This document shows, piece after piece, positions 29,771 through 37,927 of a DNA stretch of 64,000 nucleotides. A program made the position numbers and the translations under genes. Position 1 is the stretch's first letter; every line of letters starts with the position of its first letter. Source of the stretch: Methanobacteriota archaeon (GTDB lineage Archaea > Thermoplasmatota > Thermoplasmata > Methanomassiliicoccales > UBA472). The notes beneath the pieces were generated by a model. The model saw only the letters and a program-made list of their open reading frames with translations, made no database searches and was not told the origin of the DNA. The DNA lies in contig JAJFUR010000056.1 in NCBI GenBank assembly GCA_021372335.1, positions 693 to 64,692 of the forward strand. Reading direction: 5' to 3'.

Positions 29771-30076
29771 GCCACCCTGGCTGGAACCGAGGTCTCATTG
29801 AAAGGGGGATGGGCGTGCGACAGTGGCGATGGTGCTGTCCCCCTGAAATGGAGCGAACGGCGAAAGGATATCGCAGATGGTTGAAAGCTAAACCCCGGGA
29901 CCGTCAGCTCCTTCCATGGCGGGGCCGCGGGTTGGCCCTAATGGAAAGGGGCGGGAGCGGAGGCCGCAGCCGGTATGGGAGCGATGCCGGGGGTACGGCA
30001 ACAGGCGGCCGAAGCATCCGCACGGGTCTGGGAGCAATGGAGATAAACATGGCCGACCATATAGCCGCGGGGTGGC
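29771..30076 (+). ncRNA. Candidate ~306-nt structured RNA (independent ncRNA or msrB leader), class unknown
   Basis: Non-coding-looking 350-nt gap. Terminal helix 29771-77:30070-76 (GCCACCC:GGGUGGC) plus 29779-82:30063-66. Second closing helix 29793-800:30035-43. Five or more nested hairpins and five GAAA motifs. Confidence 0.45.
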
Positions 30077-30077
30077 G

Positions 30078-30470
30078 ATGGGGCGCAAGGTCGAGAGGAC
30101 CGAGGAGGAGTGGAGGCGAGAGCTGGACCCCGAGCAGTATCGAGTCCTCAGGAGGAAGGGCACCGAGGCTCCCTTCACCGGGAGGTACTACCGTACGAAG
30201 GATAAAGGGACATACCTGTGCGCGGGGTGCGGCAGGGAGCTGTTCGCCTCCGAGGACAAGTTTGACCATGGATGCGGCTGGCCAAGCTTCAGCAGGCCGA
30301 TGGGGGACCTAGATGAGCGGAGGGACCTAAGCCATGGAAGGGCGCGGACGGAGGTGCTCTGCCCCGATTGCGGCGGTCATCTCGGGCACGTCTTCGATGA
30401 CGGCCCAGCGCCCACGGGCCAGCGCTACTGCATCAACTCCGCCTCGTTGCGGTTCAGGCCGAGGGAGTGA
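30078..30470 (+). CDS. msrB: Peptide-methionine (R)-S-oxide reductase
   Basis: ATG 30078: [25 protein letters not shown].., two CxxC zinc pairs, and the catalytic RYCINS motif. The 54 upstream aa in the track are Arg/Gly-rich shadow. Confidence 0.9.
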   Translation: MGRKVERTEEEWRRELDPEQYRVLRRKGTEAPFTGRYYRTKDKGTYLCAGCGRELFASEDKFDHGCGWPSFSRPMGDLDERRDLSHGRARTEVLCPDCGGHLGHVFDDGPAPTGQRYCINSASLRFRPRE

Positions 30471-30475
30471 GGACC

Positions 30476-31567
30476 ATGGAGATCGCCGGCAGCCGGTCCA
30501 TGCGCAGGCATGCGAACAAGAAGGTGGGGATGCCCCCCGGCTCGATGATCTATGTGGGGGATGGCAGTCCCTCCCCCACCACCGTGTCCCTCATGGACTA
30601 CACGGAGACGGAGGTCATGGAGAAGACGGGGGTGACCCTGGAGGAGTGCATGCCCCTGCGGGACAGTCCCTCCGTCACCTGGCTGAACTTCTCCGGGCTG
30701 GCGGACGTGGAGACGATCAAGCGGCTGGGGGAGGTCTTCGGGCTGCACCCCCTCGTCCTGGAGGACATCCTGCACATCGGGCAAAGGCCCAAGCTTGAGC
30801 AGTATGATAGATACGTGTACCTTGTCGTCAAGATGCTCTACCGGGGGGACAACGGGGAGGACAACGGCAAGGAGGTCACGTACGAGCAGCTCTCCATCGT
30901 CCTAGGCAAGAACTATGTGCTGACCTTCCAGGAGAGGGAGGGTGACGTGTTCACCAACATCCGGGAGCGAATCCGGAACAACAAGGGCCGCCTCCGGAGG
31001 TCGGGGCCGGACTATCTCGTCTATTCCATCCTGGACATGGTCGTGGACAACTACTTTCCAGCCTTGGAGCGGGTGGGGGATAGGGTCGAGGACATCGAGG
31101 AGCGGATGTCCGACGACCCGGAACCGGAGGTCCTTAGCGACATCTACCGCTTGAAACGGGAGGTCCTCTTCCTGAGAAAGTCCATTTGGCCCGCGCGGGA
31201 GGTGGTGGGGGCCATGATGCGCCAGGACATCGAGCTGGTCGCACCGAGCACGACCACCTACCTCCGCGACGTCTATGATCACTCCATCCAAGTGATGGAC
31301 GTCGTGGAGACGTACACCGACATGCTCTCCGAGCTGACGGATGTCTACATGTCAATGGTCAGCAATCGAATGAATGAGATCATGAAGACGCTGACCATAA
31401 TCGCCACCATCTTCATTCCGCTGACCTTCATCGTCGGCCTCTACGGGATGAACTTTACGTACATGCCCGAGCTCACCAGCAGATACGCGTACCCTGCGGT
31501 CCTCCTGGGCATGACGACCATAGCGATGGTGATGCTCCTTTACTTCAGGCGCAAGGGCTGGTTGTGA
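30476..31567 (+). CDS. corA: CorA-family Mg2+/Co2+ transporter
   Basis: C-terminal two TM helices with the YGMNF signature. Alternative GTG start at 30467. Confidence 0.85.
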   Translation: MEIAGSRSMRRHANKKVGMPPGSMIYVGDGSPSPTTVSLMDYTETEVMEKTGVTLEECMPLRDSPSVTWLNFSGLADVETIKRLGEVFGLHPLVLEDILHIGQRPKLEQYDRYVYLVVKMLYRGDNGEDNGKEVTYEQLSIVLGKNYVLTFQEREGDVFTNIRERIRNNKGRLRRSGPDYLVYSILDMVVDNYFPALERVGDRVEDIEERMSDDPEPEVLSDIYRLKREVLFLRKSIWPAREVVGAMMRQDIELVAPSTTTYLRDVYDHSIQVMDVVETYTDMLSELTDVYMSMVSNRMNEIMKTLTIIATIFIPLTFIVGLYGMNFTYMPELTSRYAYPAVLLGMTTIAMVMLLYFRRKGWL

Positions 31568-31568
31568 G

Positions 31569-32603
31569 GTGCCGATGGATGCCTCGTCCGTTCTTGCCGT
31601 GGGGGGCATCGTCCTTTCCCTGACCTTCGCTTTCACCAATGGCTACAACGACGTGGGGGCGGACGTGGCCACCATGGTGGCCTCCGGCGCCGCCTCGGTG
31701 AAGGGGGCGCTGCTCACGGCCTCCCTCGCCAACTTCATCGGCGCCATGGTGGGGGGGAGCGCGGTCGTCCTGACCGTTCAGGGCATCCTGACGGCCGACC
31801 TCGCCGGGTCCCTGGGCCTGGGGATGTTCTGCGCCGTCCTTGCCGCCACCGCCTGGAACGGCATCTCCTGGTACTACGGGATCCCATCCTCCTCCACCCA
31901 CGCCTTGATAGGGGGATTGGTGGGGGTGGGGGTGGCCCTCCAGGGCATGGCGGGCGTGAACTGGGGAACGGAAGAGCTGCTGGCCGGACAGCTCGTTGGG
32001 GTGGTGAAGGTCATCGCATTCCTACTGGTCTCCGTCCTGGTAGGCTTCGGGGGCTCCTTCCTCCTGATGAAGCTCGCCCGGATAGCCCTCAGGAGGGCGA
32101 AGGTGGGCCTGAACGCCCACCTGCGGCGCCTGCAGTGGCTCACCACGGGGTTCCAGACCCTCGCCCACGGGGCCAACGACGCCCAGAAGCAGATGGCGCT
32201 GATCGCCCTGGCGCTAATGACCTTCGGGAATGCCCCGGCGACCGTGCCCCTCTGGGCCCGGGTGGCCTGCGCCACGGCCATCGGCCTGGGCAGCCTGGGC
32301 GGGGGGTACCGGATCATGCGCACGGTGGGAAGGAGGATATTCAAGCTCCGGCCGGTGCATGCCCTTGTGGTCCAGGCGAACACCTCGCTGACGGTCGCCC
32401 TCTCCACAGCCGTGGGGGCCCCGGTCTCCTCCACACAGGTGGTCACGGCCGGGGTGATGGGGGTGGGGTCGGCGGAGAACAGGAAGCTGGTGCATTGGCA
32501 GATAGGAAAGGACCTTATCGCATCGTGGTTCCTTACCATACCGGCGACCGCGGGCATCGCCGCCGTGGCCGTGGTGGCCCTGAGGGCGATCATGGGAGGA
32601 TGA
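31569..32603 (+). CDS. Inorganic phosphate transporter, PiT family
   Basis: FTNGYNDVGADVATMV and HGANDAQKQM PiT signature repeats. Multi-TM protein. Confidence 0.85.
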   Translation: MPMDASSVLAVGGIVLSLTFAFTNGYNDVGADVATMVASGAASVKGALLTASLANFIGAMVGGSAVVLTVQGILTADLAGSLGLGMFCAVLAATAWNGISWYYGIPSSSTHALIGGLVGVGVALQGMAGVNWGTEELLAGQLVGVVKVIAFLLVSVLVGFGGSFLLMKLARIALRRAKVGLNAHLRRLQWLTTGFQTLAHGANDAQKQMALIALALMTFGNAPATVPLWARVACATAIGLGSLGGGYRIMRTVGRRIFKLRPVHALVVQANTSLTVALSTAVGAPVSSTQVVTAGVMGVGSAENRKLVHWQIGKDLIASWFLTIPATAGIAAVAVVALRAIMGG

Positions 32604-32604
32604 G

Positions 32605-33228
32605 ATGAAAGAGCGGAAGGGGCTACTGGACGGGCTGTTCCCGCCCAAGTATGATTTCCAGGGGATGCTGGTCGAGCAAGCGGAGGCCACCCTCCAAGGC
32701 ATGGAGCTGTTGCTTGAGGCCATGAAGGGGTGCGCGGACGACCATCTGCGCTCGCTGACCGAGCTGGAGGTCCGCACGGACGACCTCAGGCATGACATGG
32801 AGCGCAAGCTGGAGGTGGCCTTCACCACCCCCTTCGACCGACAGGACATCTACAGCGTGTCCAGGCAGATGAAGGCTGTCATGAGCTTCGCCCGCACCAC
32901 GCTATTGGAGATGGACGCCTTCGGCGTGGAGCCGGACCGCCCCATGCTGGACATGGCAGGGCATTTGCTGATAGGGATGCGCGAGGTGGTGGACGCGCTG
33001 CGGACCTTGGGAAATGACGACCGGACCGATCGGCTCATCGATCGGATGCGGGAGGAGGAGGGGCGCATCGAGGAGACCTACATATCGGGGATGAAGGGCG
33101 TCTTCCTGCTGCCGGACCACATGATGGTGCTGAAGAAGAGGGAGATATACCATCACCTGAAGGACGCGGGAAGGGCGTTGAGCGCGACGGCGGACATCCT
33201 GCACCGGACAGCCTTCGGGATCGACTAG
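32605..33228 (+). CDS. DUF47/PhoU-like Pit accessory protein
   Basis: Helical 207-aa protein starting 2 nt after the PiT stop. The pattern ..FTTPFDRQDIY..L.. is typical of the TIGR00153/DUF47 family. Confidence 0.7.
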   Translation: MKERKGLLDGLFPPKYDFQGMLVEQAEATLQGMELLLEAMKGCADDHLRSLTELEVRTDDLRHDMERKLEVAFTTPFDRQDIYSVSRQMKAVMSFARTTLLEMDAFGVEPDRPMLDMAGHLLIGMREVVDALRTLGNDDRTDRLIDRMREEEGRIEETYISGMKGVFLLPDHMMVLKKREIYHHLKDAGRALSATADILHRTAFGID

Positions 33229-34172
33229 AGGTCCATCGTGCCCACGATGCGGAGCTTGCCGCCTTCCAGGTAGTGCAGGACCGCCCTCGAGCCTGGGGAG
33301 TAGATCAAGGGCCTCTCCAGGCTCAGCATGACCTGGGGGGAGCGGGGCTCCCCTGAGACCGCGGTCACCCTGCAGGGCAGGAACTGCATCCAATGTCCTA
33401 GATGCAGCACCATGCCCTCCTTGATGGGGGCCTGCCAGTATTTGACGAGGTCCAGCCTGGCCTCGAGCTCCGATACGCACCTCACCTCGGGGTCGTTGGT
33501 CAGCACGTATCCCCGGTCCAGCTCCTCCGCCTCAATGCCCTTCAGGGCGAACCCCACCCGGTCCCCCTCGTAGGCGACCTCAAAGTCGTCATCATGCTTC
33601 TGGATGGACCTGACCAACGCGGTGCGGTCCGTGGGGAGCACCCTCAAAGTGTCATGCCGGTTCACCGAGCCCTTGGCCACGAGGCCGAGGATGACCGTGC
33701 CCACGCCCTTGACGTTGAAATGGTGGTCTATGGGGACCACCCCCCTCCCCTCTCCGTGCGCCTTCACCTTCGCTGCCTCGTCCAGGAGGAGTTCGCGCAC
33801 CTGGATGGGATCGTCCGGGAGGTGGGTGTAGTTGGCGAGGACGGTGCCCTTGATTAGGGGGGCGATGCGGTCCGGGGTCACGTAGTTGCGAAGGATGAGG
33901 ATGCCCCGGTCGACCTGGGCGCAGTCCAGCATGAGGATGGTCTCCCCGAGGGCGGCGTTCACCTCGTCGACCACCACCAGGGCCATGTCCGCCAGGTTCA
34001 CGCAGAAGTACAGCGAGCTGATCCGTTCCGGGTACTTGGAAGGCTCCAGGATGCTGACGGTATCGTGGCCCTTCTTGATGTCGTAGACCGTGATATCGCT
34101 GACGGTGCCCTTCTTGCCCAGCTCCTTGGCGAACCCCAAGGCCCCCACCGCCGCCACGTTCAGATTGCCCAT
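33225..34172 (-). CDS. EF-Tu-like protein with a degenerate G domain (EF-Tu domain 2/3 retained)
   Basis: Domain-2 beta-barrel signature HHFNVKGVGTVILGLVAKGSV..D.L..LP. The N-terminal region lacks GxxxxGK[ST], DxxG and NKxD. ATG 34172 (alternative 34199). Confidence 0.6.
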   Translation of the reverse strand: MGNLNVAAVGALGFAKELGKKGTVSDITVYDIKKGHDTVSILEPSKYPERISSLYFCVNLADMALVVVDEVNAALGETILMLDCAQVDRGILILRNYVTPDRIAPLIKGTVLANYTHLPDDPIQVRELLLDEAAKVKAHGEGRGVVPIDHHFNVKGVGTVILGLVAKGSVNRHDTLRVLPTDRTALVRSIQKHDDDFEVAYEGDRVGFALKGIEAEELDRGYVLTNDPEVRCVSELEARLDLVKYWQAPIKEGMVLHLGHWMQFLPCRVTAVSGEPRSPQVMLSLERPLIYSPGSRAVLHYLEGGKLRIVGTMDL

Positions 34173-34251
34173 GTACGCAGGCAAGCTCTGGGGGAACATA
34201 TGCCTTTCGCCGAGCCAAGCGTTATCTATCCTGCCAGGCCATTACCATCGG

Positions 34252-35733
34252 ATGCTCGAGCATGTGGACCCGGGCAAGCGCCTGGACCAGAAAGGGTACG
34301 ACAAGGCCGCCCCTGGCCTCAAGGAGCGCTTGGGGGAACTCCAGAGGCGTGCCCGGGACGCCGGCATGCCGATCATCGTGATCTTTGAGGGCTGGGACAC
34401 CGTAGGCATGAGCGAGATCGTGAACCGGTTCATCCTCCCTCTGGACCCCCGCGGGTTCCTGGTGCATCCGATCACCGCCCCCAGTCCCGAGGAGAGGGCG
34501 AGGCCCTTCCTGTGGAGGTTCATGGTCCGCATCCCGGCCCGTGGAAGGATCGCCGTGTTCGACCGCTCCTGGTACTTCAGGTCCCTGGCCAGGGCAGTGG
34601 AGCGGAAGGAGGAGGACGCCCGAGCGGTCTGGAGGGAGATCGCGGACTTCGAGGAGATGCTCTCCAACGACGGCTACCTCATAATGAAGTTCTTTCTGCA
34701 TATCGGGAAGAAGGAGCACAGGAAGCGATTGGAGAGGTATCGCGGGTCCGATATGGACATGTGCGCCATCAGCATGGCCGAGGTGGAGCTATTCAAAAAG
34801 TATGATCGGATGCTGCCGCTCATCGAGGAGATGCTCGAGGCCACGGACCGAGAGCATGCGCCCTGGACGATCGTGGAGGCCGAGGACCAGCGGTTCGCCT
34901 CCGTCAAGGTCCTCGCCTCCTCGGTCCAAATGGTGGAGCGCGGCCTCGCCTTGCGGGAGGGGCGGTCCCAGGCCTCCATGGATGGCCTGGCTAGGGATGA
35001 CCGCCAGTTCAGCTCCTTGCGCGCGAAGGCCGACCTTGCCGTAAGCATTCCCCAGGAAGAGTACAGGGCCAGGCTGGAAGAGCTTCAGGGCAGGGTCGCG
35101 GAGCTGCAGTGCGCGCTCAACCGCCAGAAGGTCCCGACGGTCATCGTCTTCGAGGGCTGGGACGCGGCCGGGAAGGGCGGGGCGATCCAGCGGCTGACGG
35201 CCGAACTCAATCCCAGGGGATACGAGGTCGTGCCCGTTGGGGCACCGACCGAGGACGAGAGGGCGCATCATTATCTATGGCGGTTCTACCGGAAGCTCCC
35301 TCCAGCCGGGCACATGCGCATCTTCGACCGCTCGTGGTACGGAAGGGTGCTGGTGGAGAGGGTGGAGGGACTGTGCCCCCCTGCGGAATGGAGGAGGGCG
35401 TATCAGGAGATCAATTCCTTCGAGAGGATGCTGGTGGAGGAGGGGGCAGTGCTGGTCAAGGTCTGGATGGAGATCGACAGGGAGACGCAGCTCAGGCGCT
35501 TCCAGGAGAGGGCGGCCGACCCCCGGAAGCAATGGAAGATCACCGAGGAGGACTGGCGGAACAGGGAGAAGTGGGACCTCTACGAGAGGGCGGTGGACGA
35601 GATGCTGTTCCGGACGAGCACGGCCCACGCCCCCTGGACCATCGTGGAGAGCAATGACAAGTACCATTCCAGGGTCAAGACCCTGGAGACGGTGGTGCGC
35701 GCCATGGAGACGGCGGGAAAGGGCTCCAAATGA
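34252..35733 (+). CDS. Two-domain polyphosphate kinase 2 (PPK2; PAP-like polyphosphate:AMP/NMP phosphotransferase)
   Basis: Two PPK2 repeats. The N-terminal repeat has FEGWDTVGMS (no P-loop Lys); the C-terminal repeat has the canonical FEGWDAAGKGG. FDRSWY occurs in both. The start is ATG 34252; earlier track residues overlap the divergent gene. Confidence 0.8.
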   Translation: MLEHVDPGKRLDQKGYDKAAPGLKERLGELQRRARDAGMPIIVIFEGWDTVGMSEIVNRFILPLDPRGFLVHPITAPSPEERARPFLWRFMVRIPARGRIAVFDRSWYFRSLARAVERKEEDARAVWREIADFEEMLSNDGYLIMKFFLHIGKKEHRKRLERYRGSDMDMCAISMAEVELFKKYDRMLPLIEEMLEATDREHAPWTIVEAEDQRFASVKVLASSVQMVERGLALREGRSQASMDGLARDDRQFSSLRAKADLAVSIPQEEYRARLEELQGRVAELQCALNRQKVPTVIVFEGWDAAGKGGAIQRLTAELNPRGYEVVPVGAPTEDERAHHYLWRFYRKLPPAGHMRIFDRSWYGRVLVERVEGLCPPAEWRRAYQEINSFERMLVEEGAVLVKVWMEIDRETQLRRFQERAADPRKQWKITEEDWRNREKWDLYERAVDEMLFRTSTAHAPWTIVESNDKYHSRVKTLETVVRAMETAGKGSK

Positions 35734-35770
35734 TAAATATCCCCAGGGCTATGCCCATGCAATACGAGTG

Positions 35771-37204
35771 ATGCACATGGCTAGTTTCCAAGACTTCGGC
35801 CTTCGGGAGGAAATAATGAAGGCCATCGAACGGATGGGCTTTGTGGAGCCGACCCCGGTGCAGGTGGAGACGATCCCTCTGATCATGAAGGGGAAGGACG
35901 TCATCGCCCAGGCCCAGACCGGGACGGGGAAGACGGCGGCCTTCGGCATTCCCATCCTGGAGGCCCTCACGAAGGGCGTGAAGCCGTTCTCCCTCATCCT
36001 TGTTCCGACGCGGGAGCTGGGGGCGCAGGTGTCCGACGAGCTCAAGAAGCTTTCCCATTTCATGGATGACGTCCGGGTGCTGCCCGTGTACGGGGGCAGG
36101 TCCATAGACGATCAGATGGACGCGCTCCGCAAGGGCGTGGACATCGTGGTCGGCACGCCGGGGAGGATCATCGACCATCTGCGCCGGGGGACCCTTTCCC
36201 TGAGTGAGATCGAGATGCTCGTCCTTGACGAGGCGGACCGCATGCTGGACATGGGGTTCATCGAGGACATCGAATACATCTTGGCCAGGACCAAGACCCC
36301 GAGGCAGACGCTCCTGTTCTCGGCCACCATCCCCCAAGCGGTGCGGGAGATAGCCTCCCGGCACATGGTCGACCCCGTCACCGTGCTCATAGGGGAGGAG
36401 CAACTCGTCCTTCCGACCACCAAGCAGATCTACTTCAACATCGAGCGCAAGAACAAGATCTGGGCCCTGTGCCGCGTCCTTGACGCCTACCACCCCAAGG
36501 CCATGGTCTTCGTGCAGACGAAGGCGATGGTGGACATCGTCACCAAGAGGCTGGTGTCCTACGGCTACCGCGCGGCGGCGCTGCACGGGGACCTGACGCA
36601 GGCCAAGCGGGAGAAGGTGCTCGAGGACTTCCGCGAAGGGAAGACCGCGGTGCTGGTTGCCACCGATGTCGCCGCCCGGGGCTTGGACATCGAGGGCGTG
36701 ACGCACGTCATCAACTATGACATCCCCGAGGACCCGGAGATCTACGTCCACCGCATAGGCCGCACCGGGAGGGCGGGGAAGGAAGGGATCGCGATCACGT
36801 TCATCACCTCCAAGGAGGTCCACCTGCTCAGGAAGATCAACGAGTTCGGGGTCACGGAGATAACCAAGGAGGAGGTGCCGGAGAGCGGGCAGAAGGACGT
36901 GGTCCGCAGGGTGATGGACTTTGAGGACCAGGCCGACATGTTCGGAATGGTGCTCTTCAAGGTGGTCGCCGGGGACGGGGAACCGGTGGAGCGCGGGACG
37001 CTGCTGGAACTGCTCCATCGCAAGCTCCGCATCCCCGAGATCGCCGTGGGCAACATCAACGTGCTCAAGGACCGCACGGAGTTCGAGGTGCACAAGGACT
37101 CGGCCAAGAAGGTCCTCATGGAGCTGAAGGGGCTGCGCGCGGGCGACAAGAGGCTGAGGGTCGAGCTCGTCCACCGCGAGCTCCCGCCGATCTCCATGCA
37201 GTGA
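35771..37204 (+). CDS. DEAD-box ATP-dependent RNA helicase with a DbpA-like C-terminal RNA-binding domain
   Basis: Q motif/GFVEPTPVQ, AQTGTGKT, DEAD (VLDEADRM), SAT, HRIGRTGRAG. ATG 35771 or 35777. The track ORF starts 178 codons too early. Confidence 0.9.
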   Translation: MHMASFQDFGLREEIMKAIERMGFVEPTPVQVETIPLIMKGKDVIAQAQTGTGKTAAFGIPILEALTKGVKPFSLILVPTRELGAQVSDELKKLSHFMDDVRVLPVYGGRSIDDQMDALRKGVDIVVGTPGRIIDHLRRGTLSLSEIEMLVLDEADRMLDMGFIEDIEYILARTKTPRQTLLFSATIPQAVREIASRHMVDPVTVLIGEEQLVLPTTKQIYFNIERKNKIWALCRVLDAYHPKAMVFVQTKAMVDIVTKRLVSYGYRAAALHGDLTQAKREKVLEDFREGKTAVLVATDVAARGLDIEGVTHVINYDIPEDPEIYVHRIGRTGRAGKEGIAITFITSKEVHLLRKINEFGVTEITKEEVPESGQKDVVRRVMDFEDQADMFGMVLFKVVAGDGEPVERGTLLELLHRKLRIPEIAVGNINVLKDRTEFEVHKDSAKKVLMELKGLRAGDKRLRVELVHRELPPISMQ

Positions 37205-37255
37205 GGCGCTTTCATGTGCGGGGAACGCGCCCATCATCGGGCTTGACCATTATGA

Positions 37256-37528
37256 ATGGGCGGGGGAACCTTGGATGACGATGTAAAACTGGCGCTGGCC
37301 TGGTTCATCTCGGTCATCCTGATCATGCTCGGTGTCGTCATCATCGCATTCCCTCCGACGGGCGGCATCGTGTTGATGACATCCCTGGTCGCCGGCCTCG
37401 TGATCGCCGGGATCGCCCTTCTTTCCGGAAGGGGGACATGGATGATAGCTGGATACAATACGGCATTCTCCGAGGAGAGGGGGGCGTTCGATGAGAGGGA
37501 ACTCTGTAGGGGAGTGGGGCGATCATGA
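37256..37528 (+). CDS. DUF3784-like membrane protein, N-terminal part (two TM helices plus the AGYNT loop)
   Basis: ..LLSGRGTWMIAGYNTAFSEERGAFDERELCR.. resembles the DUF3784 core. It ends in an ATGA overlap with the next small ORF. Confidence 0.55.
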   Translation: MGGGTLDDDVKLALAWFISVILIMLGVVIIAFPPTGGIVLMTSLVAGLVIAGIALLSGRGTWMIAGYNTAFSEERGAFDERELCRGVGRS

Positions 37529-37689
37529 TCGTCCTTTCGGGTCTCTTGGCGTTGCTGGAAATCAATCTGACCTTGTGGTCGTCCGCCCTGCCGACATCCG
37601 TCCTGGTCGTCCTGATGCTGGGGACGCTGGGGGCATCGATCGTCTATCTGAACACGGCGCGGCGTTTCAGGAAAGCAGGAAGGAGCTGA
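37525..37689 (+). CDS. DUF3784-like C-terminal part (54 aa, two TM helices; absent from ORF track)
   Basis: My own translation: MIVLSGLLALLEINLTLWSSALPTSVLVVLMLGTLGASIVYLNTARRFRKAGRS. Its frame is open from 37510. Confidence 0.5.
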   Translation: MIVLSGLLALLEINLTLWSSALPTSVLVVLMLGTLGASIVYLNTARRFRKAGRS

Positions 37690-37927
37690 ACGGCCACATC
37701 ATCGCGTATCGCTGTTGCTGAGATCGCGGCCATCGCAGATCCGAACGGAGGGCCGTCGGGAACGCGTCCGGACATTGCCCTGTATCCCATGGACCGCGAG
37801 TCGCGGACCGCCCACTTTGGTGATCGGAATTCGCCATGCGACCCCTCAGGAACGGACGTCCCCGTCGCTGCGGTTCGATGAAAGGAGGAACGAAGGAAAC
37901 GGTTTGGAACGCTTGACGGCATCCGGC

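Noticed and set aside
29771-30076. Whether the candidate structured RNA is RNase P RNA, SRP (7S) RNA, or a lysine-riboswitch-like element, given its ~300-nt size, paired ends and GCCGAAG/GGGAGC strings.
   Set aside because: It lacks the RNase P CR-I/CR-V signatures (GAGGAAAGUCC, ACAGAA..CGGCUUA) and has no P3-P4 arrangement. It lacks the long helix 5 and the helix-8 CC-GGAA-GG..AGCA motif of SRP RNA. The riboswitch resemblance is only short strings. The class is left unknown.
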